DNA from: Sarea resinae
Lineage: Eukaryota
Direction of reading: 5' to 3'
Assembly: GCA_026026165.1 (NCBI GenBank)
Contig: JAPEUD010000089.1
Location: 1-64,000, forward strand
DNA length: 64,000 bases
Position numbers and translations under genes: made by a program. Positions 13,026 to 23,968 of the stretch are shown piece by piece. The notes under the pieces were generated by a model, which saw nothing but the letters and a program-made list of their open reading frames with translations, did no database searches and was not told the origin of the DNA. The stretch's first letter is position 1; every line of letters begins with the position of its first letter.

Positions 13026-13935
13026 TCAAAACCAAGCCAGAGTCCACAAGGCCGGCAGCTGCGGCCACCGTTCCTGCCACTCGGCAAGGATCTCCGGCAC
13101 TCTTCCGTCAAAGTTCTCGCGACCGGGTCCTTGCCCTTCGCTCCACCCTTGCTCTCCCTGCGCCTCTCTCTCCTCGGCCGCGGCCTTGTTGAGGGAATCG
13201 GCCAGGTCCAAGATGGCTCGGCCCCCGACCAGAGCTTCTTCATGATTGTCCTTGATGTCTACATTGAATACATGCACAGGCCGGTTCAGCGCCCCGCCAC
13301 GGTTCAGCAAATCGTCCACCACCGCGTCAAAGCAGCGCTCTTCGCACGTGATGACTACGTCCACGACTCCACCCTCGACACCAAGACTTCCTTTGTCTTG
13401 CTGGTGATCCAGCCGGGGAAGCCCAACCCGCCAATCCTGCCAGCGTTCAGGGCCCCATTTCACGCCGCGGTTCCGCCCAATCATGTTGAGGACTCCATTG
13501 GCGCGATAAAGACGAGGATCTTTGCCCTCCAGTTCCCGATACATACTGTCATAGCTCGTACTGTTGAAGGAATAGACATTCGGCTGAGTTATGGTCGGAC
13601 CAGGTAGTCGCACTTGCGAGCCGGTGCCAAAGGATATGACGGGATAGTTGGCCAAGGCGAGGCGGAGGTGGGCTTCCATCGATCTTGAAGAGTCAGCGAA
13701 AGGGGAGCCAGAGGTGCTTGCGAGTGACTGACCTATTCTGATTGCTTGCGCAGACCGTACAGAATTTCAGCTTGTACGATCCTTCGCTGTCCGCGGGCGA
13801 ACGCTCAGTCTTCTCATCCGACGCTCCATCAAGGCTTAAAGGGACAACCTCCGGAATGGGGTCTGATGGGGGTGGCGGCGGAGGAGGCTGTGGTGGGGTT
13901 TGTGTCCGCCGAGCCAGGCGAGGGTCTGAGGTCAT
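13026..13935 (-). CDS. SSU72: RNA polymerase II CTD phosphatase Ssu72
   Basis: CX5R active site [44 protein letters not shown]; intron 13684-13732. Confidence 0.95.
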
Positions 13936-15918
13936 GATTTCGAGCACGACAGCTTCCGCCGACTAGTATTCCGACAGGGTGTTCCTACACGGGGCATTTG
14001 CTTGGGTTCGATCAGCTTTGGCCTTCGGCGAGAGGATCGAAGGTAGACATGAGGATAGGCATTTCAGAAAAAAAGTTGCGTATAGTGATTTTGTCCTCAT
14101 TCCCGTTGTAGGGAGATAGGACAGCTCCAATATGTATGAATCATCATATGGTGGGGGGGGGAAGTGGAAGCACGGAGAGGATAGAATATGCTCTTACCGT
14201 GGAGGTGGTTATTCTCGATGGAGAATCTCTACGACGCATCAGCCTCGCTCCATGTCGCGTGTGCTGAGTGTGAGAGTGTGAGAGTGTGAGAAGGTGAGAA
14301 GGGGAGAAAGATGGATGGTCTAGCCAAGGCAGTCAGGTAGCAAGGTGGCCACGAAGAGTAGGTCGGTCGGTAAGAAGAGAGAAACGAAGGTACGCTGTAC
14401 GGAGTAGTTTGCAGCACGGTCATCTCTCGCCTAGGCTTACCAGGACCGAGGAACGATTCACCGAGCTTCACCAGGTACCGTGCGACCGGATCTACTGGGG
14501 CCACGACCACCAGTACCTCGCGTGCAGTGGGGTCGAGGGGGGAAGATCGAGTATCCTCGATCGCGTTGCCAGGTAGATCACCCACATGGGTACTACGGCG
14601 CGATCAGCCATCTGAAACGAAGCTAAATTGGCATCTCGAACGAGTGCAGCCGAAGATGAGAAGGTCATCGATGAATGCACCGTCAAAACAGTTCTCTTCA
14701 AGACCAAGAGTCGAGAGAGATCATAGTAAGAAGGGAATGATCCAAAGGGAGGCACCGACAAGAGAGAAGAGAGAGGCTTGATGGTCCGGAGTAGTAGTGT
14801 AGGTACCAGAAGCTACTACGGAGTATGTACGAAGTACGTTCTGACCACAAGCTCGAGGGCGGTCGATGATCATCTCATCGATCAGTCAGTCCCCTCTCGG
14901 CGGTCTGACTGCATGATGGCCAGATGAGCACCAGGGAGAGTGTACTTCGTAGTACAGCGTATATCAAGCGATGATAAAGATCACGGCCAGATGGGGACGT
15001 TGAGGTCGCGAGCGCGCTGAGAACGGCGACAGCAGCACGCTGTGACGGTTGGAGGCCGTCGAGGGATTGATTGATGCTATAAATAACTTCGCTCTCACTC
15101 CTTCCCCCCCCCCACCCCCCAAAGGAGCGTAAAGAGACGAGCGACGAGCGACGAGCGACGGTGCCGCGACGACGAAACAGACGAAACAGACGAAACAGAC
15201 GAAACGAATTAAGGCAGAACAACGACTTCAATCCAACTCGATCCATCGCCCCGTCCTCCCTCCTTCCCTTTTCCCTCCCCCTTCTCCCCCTGCAGACGCC
15301 TAGACTAATTAATGCCATTCATCATCATCACCATTACCACCATCATCACCACCACCACTGACACCTCCAACCCTATCCTGAAACCGCCCTTTTTGGGTTG
15401 ATTGGTACTGTACTGTCCTTGTGAATGACTGCTTGCTGTCTGCGACCGGCAGTCGATTCATCCCTTCATCTTCACCTTCGTCTTCATCTTCTTCATATCA
15501 AGAGGCCTCGACTCGATCGTCAGGCCTTGCGACCCTGCCCTGGATAGCGCTTTCCGCCATCTCATCCTCTCGACGCCCACCATCCTCCATCTCCCTCGAG
15601 ACTCATACCGACGGAAGCGCTTGGGGTCTTGTCGTCTGGCGCATGCGGGCAATTGCGTTGGACTTTGTGTAGTAACACTCGGTTGAAGCGCGAGGCTGGA
15701 GCTTTGCGCCAATTCACTTTCCATCCGCGGACAGACACCCTTGGGCGCGCTGTAGTCTTCAATTCACCTTACGAAGTTACGACAACTGTCCAGACGTGGA
15801 GCCTGCAGCGCACACAACAAGCCTGGACGGATCCTTTTGATTTGCCTCGTCTCTCCTTCCGAGGCTCAGTCCTTCCGATAATTCAAACTTAATCGATCGC
15901 TGCACACACTACCAAGCC

Positions 15919-17772
15919 ATGGCGACTGTCTTCTCGACGCAGTCGTCCTCGTCCTCTCGTGCCGCGACTCCACAGCACCTTCAGTCTCCGCCAAATACAA
16001 ATCTCTCATCACTTCCACCGCTCGTCACCTCACCCCCGACCAAACGGACCAACAACCAACGCCCGTCATCGTACGCCAAGAGTCGACTCTCCACCTTCTC
16101 CAATACATCTCAGAGCCAGTCCAGACCACTGTCCGAAGTCTTTCCCGTCTTTCACTCGAGCCTGCCATACGCCCTTGTGAGGGATTTTGCCTACCCCTCC
16201 GTACACCCATTACACTACGGCCCCCAGCCCGAGTCTGAATCCGAGGCTTCTACACCCGTCAGCGAAAATCAGCGGAGGTTATCAGATCCCTCTCAGACAT
16301 GGTGGCAAGGTGCACGAGGCAGTTGGACCGCGGGGCCGTGGGGTGAAAATGGACTCTACAGTAGCGAGAAACTGCCAGCCACGTCATATCGCGATGGACC
16401 ACCCTACAGCGAAGACGAGGATCTCCACAGTCCAGTAGTAGTAAGCGCTCGACATAAGAGGCACAAGTCAGGCGAGGAGGTGGAACGCCTCTTCGCGGGG
16501 ACCAATGGAGACGGCAGTGAGAATTACTACATCCGGGGCGCCGACGAGGCCGCCAATGGACCCGGAGGCGAATTCGTCACCTATGCGCCAGGCTATCTGG
16601 ACTCTTCCCGTCCGCGCGACTCGCATTTCGCCGCTATACTTCCAAATCGCTCCTACGCAGACACCTTTGATGAGAACGACATGCCCGAAGGAGATGACGA
16701 GCCTTCCCCTGATGCTCCCAACGACGACGAATCCCGCTACTCACGGGACTACCAATTCACCATTGCATCCCCCGACGAAGAAATGCACGGCAAAGCGGTC
16801 GCCCTCTTTGATTTCGAGCGCGAAAACGAAAACGAACTTCCCCTGATCGAGGGTCAGGTTATCTTGGTGTCTTACCGTCACGGCCAAGGCTGGCTCGTAG
16901 CTGAAGATCCACGCACGGGCGAGAGTGGCCTGGTGCCCGAGGAATATGTCCGGTTGTTGCGCGATATTGAGGGGGGGTGGAGCACGCTCAATGGCGATGT
17001 CATGGATTTCTCTACCACGACCGTCAACACTGACAGCAACGACGATGATGGTGATGATGACGATGACACCCACAACGATGACGATGACACAGACGCAAAT
17101 GACACGATGGAAACGCCTACGCAAACTCCTGCTCCGGCTTCTGTGTTGAGTACTCTTCGCCAGCCTCAGCACCATCAACATCACTCCTCCCAGCTCAGCA
17201 CCCTCAGCAATGGTAGTTCCAAATCTCGCTCTCCCCACCGTCAACATAATCAGCACCAACAGCAGCAGCAGCATCCGCCTACCGTATCCTCCTTTTCCAC
17301 CTCTTCGAAAGACTTCAACACTTACAACCAACACCACCGGCTTGGCTCGCAGATCCCAGGCCAGCCACCACCCCTGATCGAACGATCTGGGTCCCTCTCC
17401 TCGCAAAACAATACCCCGACTTTGTTGAGCCCTGGATCAGGATTCGGTTTTGATGGGAGACGAGGAAGTGATTCACCAGCGCGTCGTGAGATGGAAAAGG
17501 AGAAGGAAAGAGAAAAGGACAGGACGATAGTTGACGTCGCTGCTGATGCTGCTGCTGCTGCTGTGCCCACGGCGGGAAGGGAAGAGAGTATTGGTGGTGG
17601 TGACGATGCGACTGATGATGCGACGACGCCGACGATGGCGGGGACTGCTCATGTGGACCGTAGTGGGGCGGCACAGGGAGAAAAGCGTGGCCGTCCGTTG
17701 GAGAAACGAAAATCAATCCCTCAGCCGCAGACGCAGCCGCAGACGCAGCCGCAGACGCGATCGTCTCGATAG
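15919..17772 (+). CDS. NBP2: SH3-domain adaptor, Nbp2-like (HOG pathway)
   Basis: Single 617-aa ORF; SH3 domain HGKAVALFDFERENENELPLIEGQVILVSYRHGQGWLVAEDPRTGESGLVPEEYV; N-terminal VRDFAYPSVHPLHYG block. Confidence 0.8.
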   Translation: MATVFSTQSSSSSRAATPQHLQSPPNTNLSSLPPLVTSPPTKRTNNQRPSSYAKSRLSTFSNTSQSQSRPLSEVFPVFHSSLPYALVRDFAYPSVHPLHYGPQPESESEASTPVSENQRRLSDPSQTWWQGARGSWTAGPWGENGLYSSEKLPATSYRDGPPYSEDEDLHSPVVVSARHKRHKSGEEVERLFAGTNGDGSENYYIRGADEAANGPGGEFVTYAPGYLDSSRPRDSHFAAILPNRSYADTFDENDMPEGDDEPSPDAPNDDESRYSRDYQFTIASPDEEMHGKAVALFDFERENENELPLIEGQVILVSYRHGQGWLVAEDPRTGESGLVPEEYVRLLRDIEGGWSTLNGDVMDFSTTTVNTDSNDDDGDDDDDTHNDDDDTDANDTMETPTQTPAPASVLSTLRQPQHHQHHSSQLSTLSNGSSKSRSPHRQHNQHQQQQQHPPTVSSFSTSSKDFNTYNQHHRLGSQIPGQPPPLIERSGSLSSQNNTPTLLSPGSGFGFDGRRGSDSPARREMEKEKEREKDRTIVDVAADAAAAAVPTAGREESIGGGDDATDDATTPTMAGTAHVDRSGAAQGEKRGRPLEKRKSIPQPQTQPQTQPQTRSSR

Positions 17773-18885
17773 CCCGCGGGGATGACGGGATGGACCGATC
17801 TGGATCGTTCTTGGCTTTTTTCTCTTCTGGGCTTTTTCATCTTTGGTCATGCCACGTCCCATCCAGTCCCCGAATCTCAGCCCTCGTCGCATATCGCTAC
17901 GTAGAGGCATCCCGGGCCTGTGGTCTCCGTTTTCACTTCTCTCGTGTCTTTTTTCATCGTTTGTCATTGTCATCGCCGTCCTCATCGAATACCCAAACTC
18001 ATAAGCATCTGTCTCACCGCACCGCACCGCATGTCCGTCTCTGGTACCGACAGACACCATATCATTTTGTCCCTCGACGCATCTCATGATATCACATGAT
18101 TTCATCGTCTCGATTCATACCGCATCGCATTCTATCGCATCACATCACCATGCCTTTGCACCATCATGGCCTATCACGAAACACCGAATCCCCCGTCTCG
18201 TCGGTCCTCATTCCATCAACTTGTCTGTCTCTGTCCGTCCTGCCCCTGGCCTGCTCTGTCTTTGTCTGTCCTAGCCCGGGCTTGCTCTACCCTGCTCTAT
18301 CCCGTCCTGCTCTACCCACACATATCCTTGACCCCACCCGATGACCCCCCTCGCATCATTTAATAGTGGCCAGCATCCCCCCATCCGAATCTCGGCTCCT
18401 GTCCTCTCCTCATCTCTTCTCTACCCCGCCCCTCACCACTTTCGGCCTCTTTACTCTCCTCGACCCCACCCTACCCTAATCTATCCTATCCTACCCTATC
18501 CTACTCTACCTCCCCGGAAGCTTGCTAGATCATCGTAAGGGTTCTCTTTGGTCAGGCACGCTTTTTCCCTTACCTGTGGTTTTTTTTCAGGTAGAAGGAG
18601 GGAAGGGATGATAGTGTTACTGTGGTAGTTTAGGTGGCTGTGGTCATGATGGTGGTCATGATGGTGGTGATGTGGATATCCATCGTGCGGCGTCTAGCGT
18701 GTTTGGACATCAGACATGGATTGATTCTGATGCCGCAGGATAGGATGGCAGAGGATAAGATAGGATGGCAGAGGCTAGGATAAGATTAGAGCACCAGACG
18801 GGGGGGTTTTTTTGTGAAGATTTTGGCAGAGGAGATAGGACAGGATAGGACAGGATAGGATAGGATAGCGAGGATAGCGAGGATG

Positions 18886-18923
<38 letters not shown>

Positions 18924-19303
18924 GATGGGATGGGCAGAATCAAACGTTTCCAAACTTTACCGTTTATTCAAGCTCTCTTTGTGACCCTTCTTGATAGAGC
19001 AAGGGAGAGATAAGAGGAGAGTGCGGAGAGAAGAGAAAGAGAGGAGTAGGGAGGGGAGGGAGTGGAAGATTGAAAAGCAGTCCAAGTGCCCTTCGCAGCA
19101 GAGCGACTAGCCAGACCGACCGAGTGAATTTGATTTTGTTGATTTGAATTGGTTTGATTTGGTTTGATGAGATGATGCAACGCAACCATGACATATGACC
19201 GTCACCAGAAACAGGCCCCCATGTCTCCTCTCTCCTTTCTCGGCGTCGTCCTCCTCTCGTCTCCTAGCGCACTAAGAAAAAAGCAACCACGAACACCCGC
19301 CGC
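17773..19303. repeat. Simple-repeat-rich spacer between convergent NBP2 and RPS19
   Basis: Degenerate ATCGC/ATCAC, CCTAT/GATAG/GACAG pentamers, (GA)n at about 18891-18915, and ATTTG units. Confidence 0.85.
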
Positions 19304-20059
19304 CTACTCGTCATCCTCCTCCTCGTCGGCCTCGATCGTCGTCTGCGCGATACGGTCCAAATCCCGCTGTCCGCTCTGCGTGATCCGTCGGCCGCCCTTG
19401 TCCTCGTCGTGCTCCAGGATGCCGATCTTCTCCAGCGACTGCATCACCTTCCGATCGACGCTGCCGCTCGCGTCCACGTGGTGGCTCGGCCGGCTGCCGC
19501 GGTTCTTTTGCGCGCCGTGCAATTTGCGGAGGCGGCCCACGCCGACCGTCTTGCGCATGTAGACGTGTCGGGCCACGGCGGCTGCGCGGATGTAGTACCT
19601 GATAGGGACACACACTCGTTAGTTGACGGGTTCCGTGTCCCAGGCGATGGGGGATGCCCTACCAGTCGATGTTTTGCGGCGGGAGCTCCTTCATGTGGCC
19701 GGTCTTGACCGTGTCAACCCAACCTGTAGGCATTGTCAGTCACACCGTTCTCCCTGCCCAAAAAACTGTCCCCGCTCCTTGTGCTTCGGATACTGGTGAC
19801 GGACGAGGGGGCCTCGACGAACCTGGGATGGGCAGCTTTCCCTGTCTCTTCAAGAAGGCGGCATAGGCGTCAATGAACTTGTTCGCCTGTACGTTATCAA
19901 CCAAGTCAGCAAAAACACTCTTCCGTCTCGAACCCCTCAGCGCCAGCCTGATCTATCGTGCAACATCGCCGCGCCTTCCTCACAACCGACCGATCGTTCA
20001 TCTGCGAGAGCAAAAGGACCTGCAGGACCAGGCTTCGGCGGCCTAAGCCTTCCCCGTTG

Positions 20060-20090
<31 letters not shown>

Positions 20091-20182
20091 GTTGTACATC
20101 CCCAGCGGAACCTCTAGACACATGGAATTGGGGCAGCAGCGGCGGAACGTACCTCGACATCGCGGACGCTGACACCAGGCAT
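19304..20182 (-). CDS. RPS19: 40S ribosomal protein S19 (eS19)
   Basis: MPGVSVRDVE|ANKFIDAYAAFLKRQGKLPIP|GWVDTVKTG..ELPPQNIDW|YYIRAAAVARHVYMRK..GGRRITQSGQRDLDRIA. Introns 19887-20152, 19724-19822, 19599-19662. Confidence 0.97.
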
Positions 20183-20774
20183 AATGGCGGTATTGATGTG
20201 ATATTGTCGGGAGCCGTGGAGTGTCGAGAGGGAGGGGGGCAATCGTCGATGTCGCTGTCGTCGTCGTTCGTCGTCAGTCGCGATGTATACCCAGATCTTC
20301 AAATTGGCGATTTCGCTTTGTGTGAGCTCGCTCGCTAAACCGCTTTCGGCGCAGGCTAGGGCTTCGCCAACCGACAACCCTAGAGATCTGATGGAGCGGG
20401 CTACCGAGTACGGAGTGCGAAGTACCCGAGTACTCCTAATGCGGGCACGAATGGATATGTCGTTGTTGTCGTCCTTTAGATTGGCTGTTGGATGAAAGTA
20501 GGTACTCCGAGTAGCAAACGCCGGTCATATATCGATCTTTCAAGGCTACGGGGACACGACAGTGACGACTGCTGCTTACGGAAAAGAACGCTTGCATTGA
20601 TCTGTAACTCCAACCATTGATTCATATGGATCATCTAACTAGCTACCGATAAAATCATGATATCTTTTTGAGTGCACCATTCGTTCGTCCAGTCCCCAAA
20701 GCGCGGAGGAAATCATCAGAGAAGTGAGAAATATGACGCTCAAGAAAATGAATCATGTAAAGCACATTTCGAAT

Positions 20775-23700
20775 CTACCATTCGGTCGAAAGTGGTAAAT
20801 CCCTTGAACTGCTCCCAACCCAAAACTTGAATCGTCCTTCCGTTGGCAAGACCCAATTCTGCCTGACGGTACTCCAGTAGCTCAGGTCTCTTCTGGTTAA
20901 TTCCAGATCCACGTTCGCACTCTTACCAGCCTCCAGCTCTACCTTCTCGAACCCTCTCAGGACCTTCACCGGAAAATCGATCGCGGAGCCGTCGACATCC
21001 TTCACATCAGAGGGGAATGAGACGTATAGCTGCACCACGGTCTTGCCGGTCCGAGAACCCGTATTTTTGACCGTGACAGAGAGATTGGCAAGTGGCGCCC
21101 AGAGTGAAGGATTTCCACCCTCTGCTCCACCAGCTGGCGAGAGCTCATGCGGGGTGTGCGAGTAGCCAGGAGGTAACGGGTAAGGTCCTGGCGTTGTGGA
21201 GGAGAGCGAAGAGAGATACGGATATACGTATTTCTTCAACTTCTTGAACCCCTCCGGGAACAAGACTTCGGAAGCGGGGGGGATTGTGGTATTCAATGCT
21301 GGAGGAACAAGAGAAGCGGGCCTCGGGTCTGCCAGGGGAGTCTTCGAACCTATGGTCTTCAAGGAAATATCGGAGAGCTCGAACGTAGTGTACGATAGCC
21401 CGAACCCAAATTCGAAGCGGGGTGTAATGTTGTAGGCATCGAAATGACGGTAGTCAATGTAGAGACCCTCGGTGAAATTCTGCTGGGGAACAACGCCATT
21501 AGGATAGTAGAGGATTTGGCCTCCTGGACCATAATCGGCAAGCGATTTCCCAACAGTGTACGGAAGACGACCAGAGGCGTCGACGTCGCCGAAGAGGACA
21601 TCAACCTAAGTGAAAAGAGGACGAATTAGTGACTGTTTGAGACCTTCGCTTCTGGGGGAATGTGCAGGAGGCTTTACCAGGGCATTGCCGCTTTCTTCGC
21701 CGGGGAGGTTGGCTAGGAGGACGGCATTGACTCCCTCCATGTCAATCCACTTGTCCAGAACAACGGGCCCCACTGCATGTACTACAACGATCGTCTTGCC
21801 CTTACCACCACCGCATCGACTTGCTATGTGCTGGACGAGCTTATCGCCGCCTTTCTGTGGGTAAAGGTCGTTTCGATCCCCACGAATACCCTCAGAGGCA
21901 ATATAACCTTCTCCACCATCGGAGTTGATGAATACCATACAGAGGTCTTGATCCTCCACGGCTTGAGGGTTCTTGTCAGATGGAGGATGATTTCCAGGAA
22001 AGTCAGTTACGTAGACCGAGTGAAAATCAAAAGCAGCTGATATGGCCTTGACTGGAGTGATCAGATAGGGGAACTCCACAGTCCCGCTACCCCAGCCTTG
22101 AGCAAGAGTACCCTGATTGCAACCCCTGTCAGCGCAGACATTCGCTCCTCTACCCTCTCTCGCATCCTCTCCAAATATGCCAACACGGTATTTGGCCTCT
22201 CTGCCAGCTTTCTCTTCCTTAGACCATCCTTTGCGGTTCAAAGGGAGCACGTTCTGCGTATTCTTCACGAGAACAGTGCCCTCGGCAGCGATTTTCCGTG
22301 CAAGTAAACCGTGCGAGTTATTGCCTTTCCCTTGGGCATCGATAAACTTATTCACAACCCCTGTCGAATTGTCATCACTGCCAGGATAAAGCAAGCCAAC
22401 CTTATCATCAGTCCACGAGGAAAAGTTCGGGCCGCCACCATCTTCTAGGGATGGCCATTTTGACTTGTCATCTTGACCAAGCTGATACCATGCTGCAACG
22501 ATGCGAACGACCATGTCATTCAAGCGGCTTATCGGAAGTGAGCTGTTGAGAGTCGCTCTGGTGAGATGTGCACCCCATAGGGAATTCCCGTCCATCCATC
22601 TCAATCCATCACCGGGCATAGACATATCCAAGCCTGCAAGAGCACTTGCGACGCCACTACGTTGTGCGAGCCAGTCAGATTGAACAAATCCTTGAAAACC
22701 AAGCTCATCCTTGAGGATGCCATTCAGGATAATGCTATTACCACAAGCATACGAGTTGTTCACCATGTTATAACTGCACATGACGCTGCCGACACCAGCT
22801 CGGACACTGTCAGCAAAAGGCCACACATAGAGCTCACGAAGTGTTCGATCGTCGATGTTCGACGAGACTGCGTTCGGTAGTCCCCACTCGAATGACTGCC
22901 TGAAGTGTTCTTGCTCGTTGAGCACATAATGCTTTGCGGTGGCAATCACCCCTTGATCTTGAATTCCTCGAATCGTTTCTGCTGCGGCTATACCTTGAAG
23001 TACAGGATCGCTGCCGAATCCTATCTATCGTATCAGTTTGCAGTCCCTTAAACTTAACGGGCCACTCTCACCTTCCCAGTTTCGGCCTCCGCAAGGCATA
23101 CGTCCTAAGGGCCCCATAGAAGGACCAAGGAGCACGTTCACGCCCTTCAGTCGAGCCTCGAGTCCATGTGCATTACCCCTTTGATACATCAACTTTTTGT
23201 TCCAGGTGGCACCCGTGGTGACCCCAGCTGGAAATGCAGTGATCTGGTCTGCAAAGCGGATTCCAAGGGGACCATCTTGCAGACAAAGAGCTGGAAACCC
23301 GACTCGATTTGCCGGACCTGGATTATAGGTATATGGTCAGCATTGATTACCCACCGATTCCAGACAGTCAGATTCCTCACCCGTATTTCCTACACAGAGA
23401 CCCTGCATCCACCCTGTGCCGCTCGTGATGTTCACTTTCTCTATCAAGCTCATCTTATTAACCAGCTCCGTGGCCTTCCGGTAACTCTCTTCCCATGGGC
23501 CCACCGTCCCGCCAATCGGGGAAGGATACCTATTCGAGACATTACTATCCTACCTGTGTGAATTCGAGATGATGTTTGGAATTACCATGATGGGCTCTGG
23601 CCGTCTAGTGGCGCAGTCCTGTAGACGTAGTATCCGCCTCCACTTAGGACAAGTAGGAGCAGCGCGAGCACGAGTAACGTAATTACGATGCATGAGCGCC

Positions 23701-23968
23701 AAGGCCGAAGGTATTTTTCGAGCCATCTCCGGCCGTCGAGGTTTCGGTCCGCATCTGGTCCTGCCGCTGACCGCCAGACCCTTCCACGCTTCCGGGGATT
23801 CTTCTCAGCCCCCTGAAAGCCCTCATTGAGGGGCCTCAAGCCGTCTCGGCTCTCGTCTTCATCACTCGATGATCTGTAGGCATCTTCTAGAGAAGCACGC
23901 AGAGGAGCTTCTTCGTCTCGAAGGTCAAGGCTTTCCTTGGCATCATTTGTGTCCAGCGACCGCTCCAT
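20775..23968 (-). CDS. bglE: GH3 beta-glucosidase with N-terminal cytosolic tail and single TM anchor
   Basis: [45 protein letters not shown], nucleophile VQSDW, C-terminal Fn3-like [16 protein letters not shown]. Introns 23530-23585, 23021-23071, 21606-21677. Confidence 0.88.

Noticed and set aside
14012..14062. Apparent uORF MPILMSTFDPLAEGQS upstream of SSU72
   Set aside because: It lies between a donor (GTAAGA at 14197) and an acceptor (TAG at 13963), so it is probably inside a 5' UTR intron.
15140..15210. Short direct repeats (GACGAAACA x4; also ATGGGCAATA near 12046 and GTACACA near 43120) as CRISPR-like arrays
   Set aside because: Eukaryotic context, no spacers; ordinary minisatellites.
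19887..20152. Possible intronic snoRNA in the long RPS19 intron 1
   Set aside because: No box C (TGATGA) on the sense strand; part of the extra length is a (GA)n tract.
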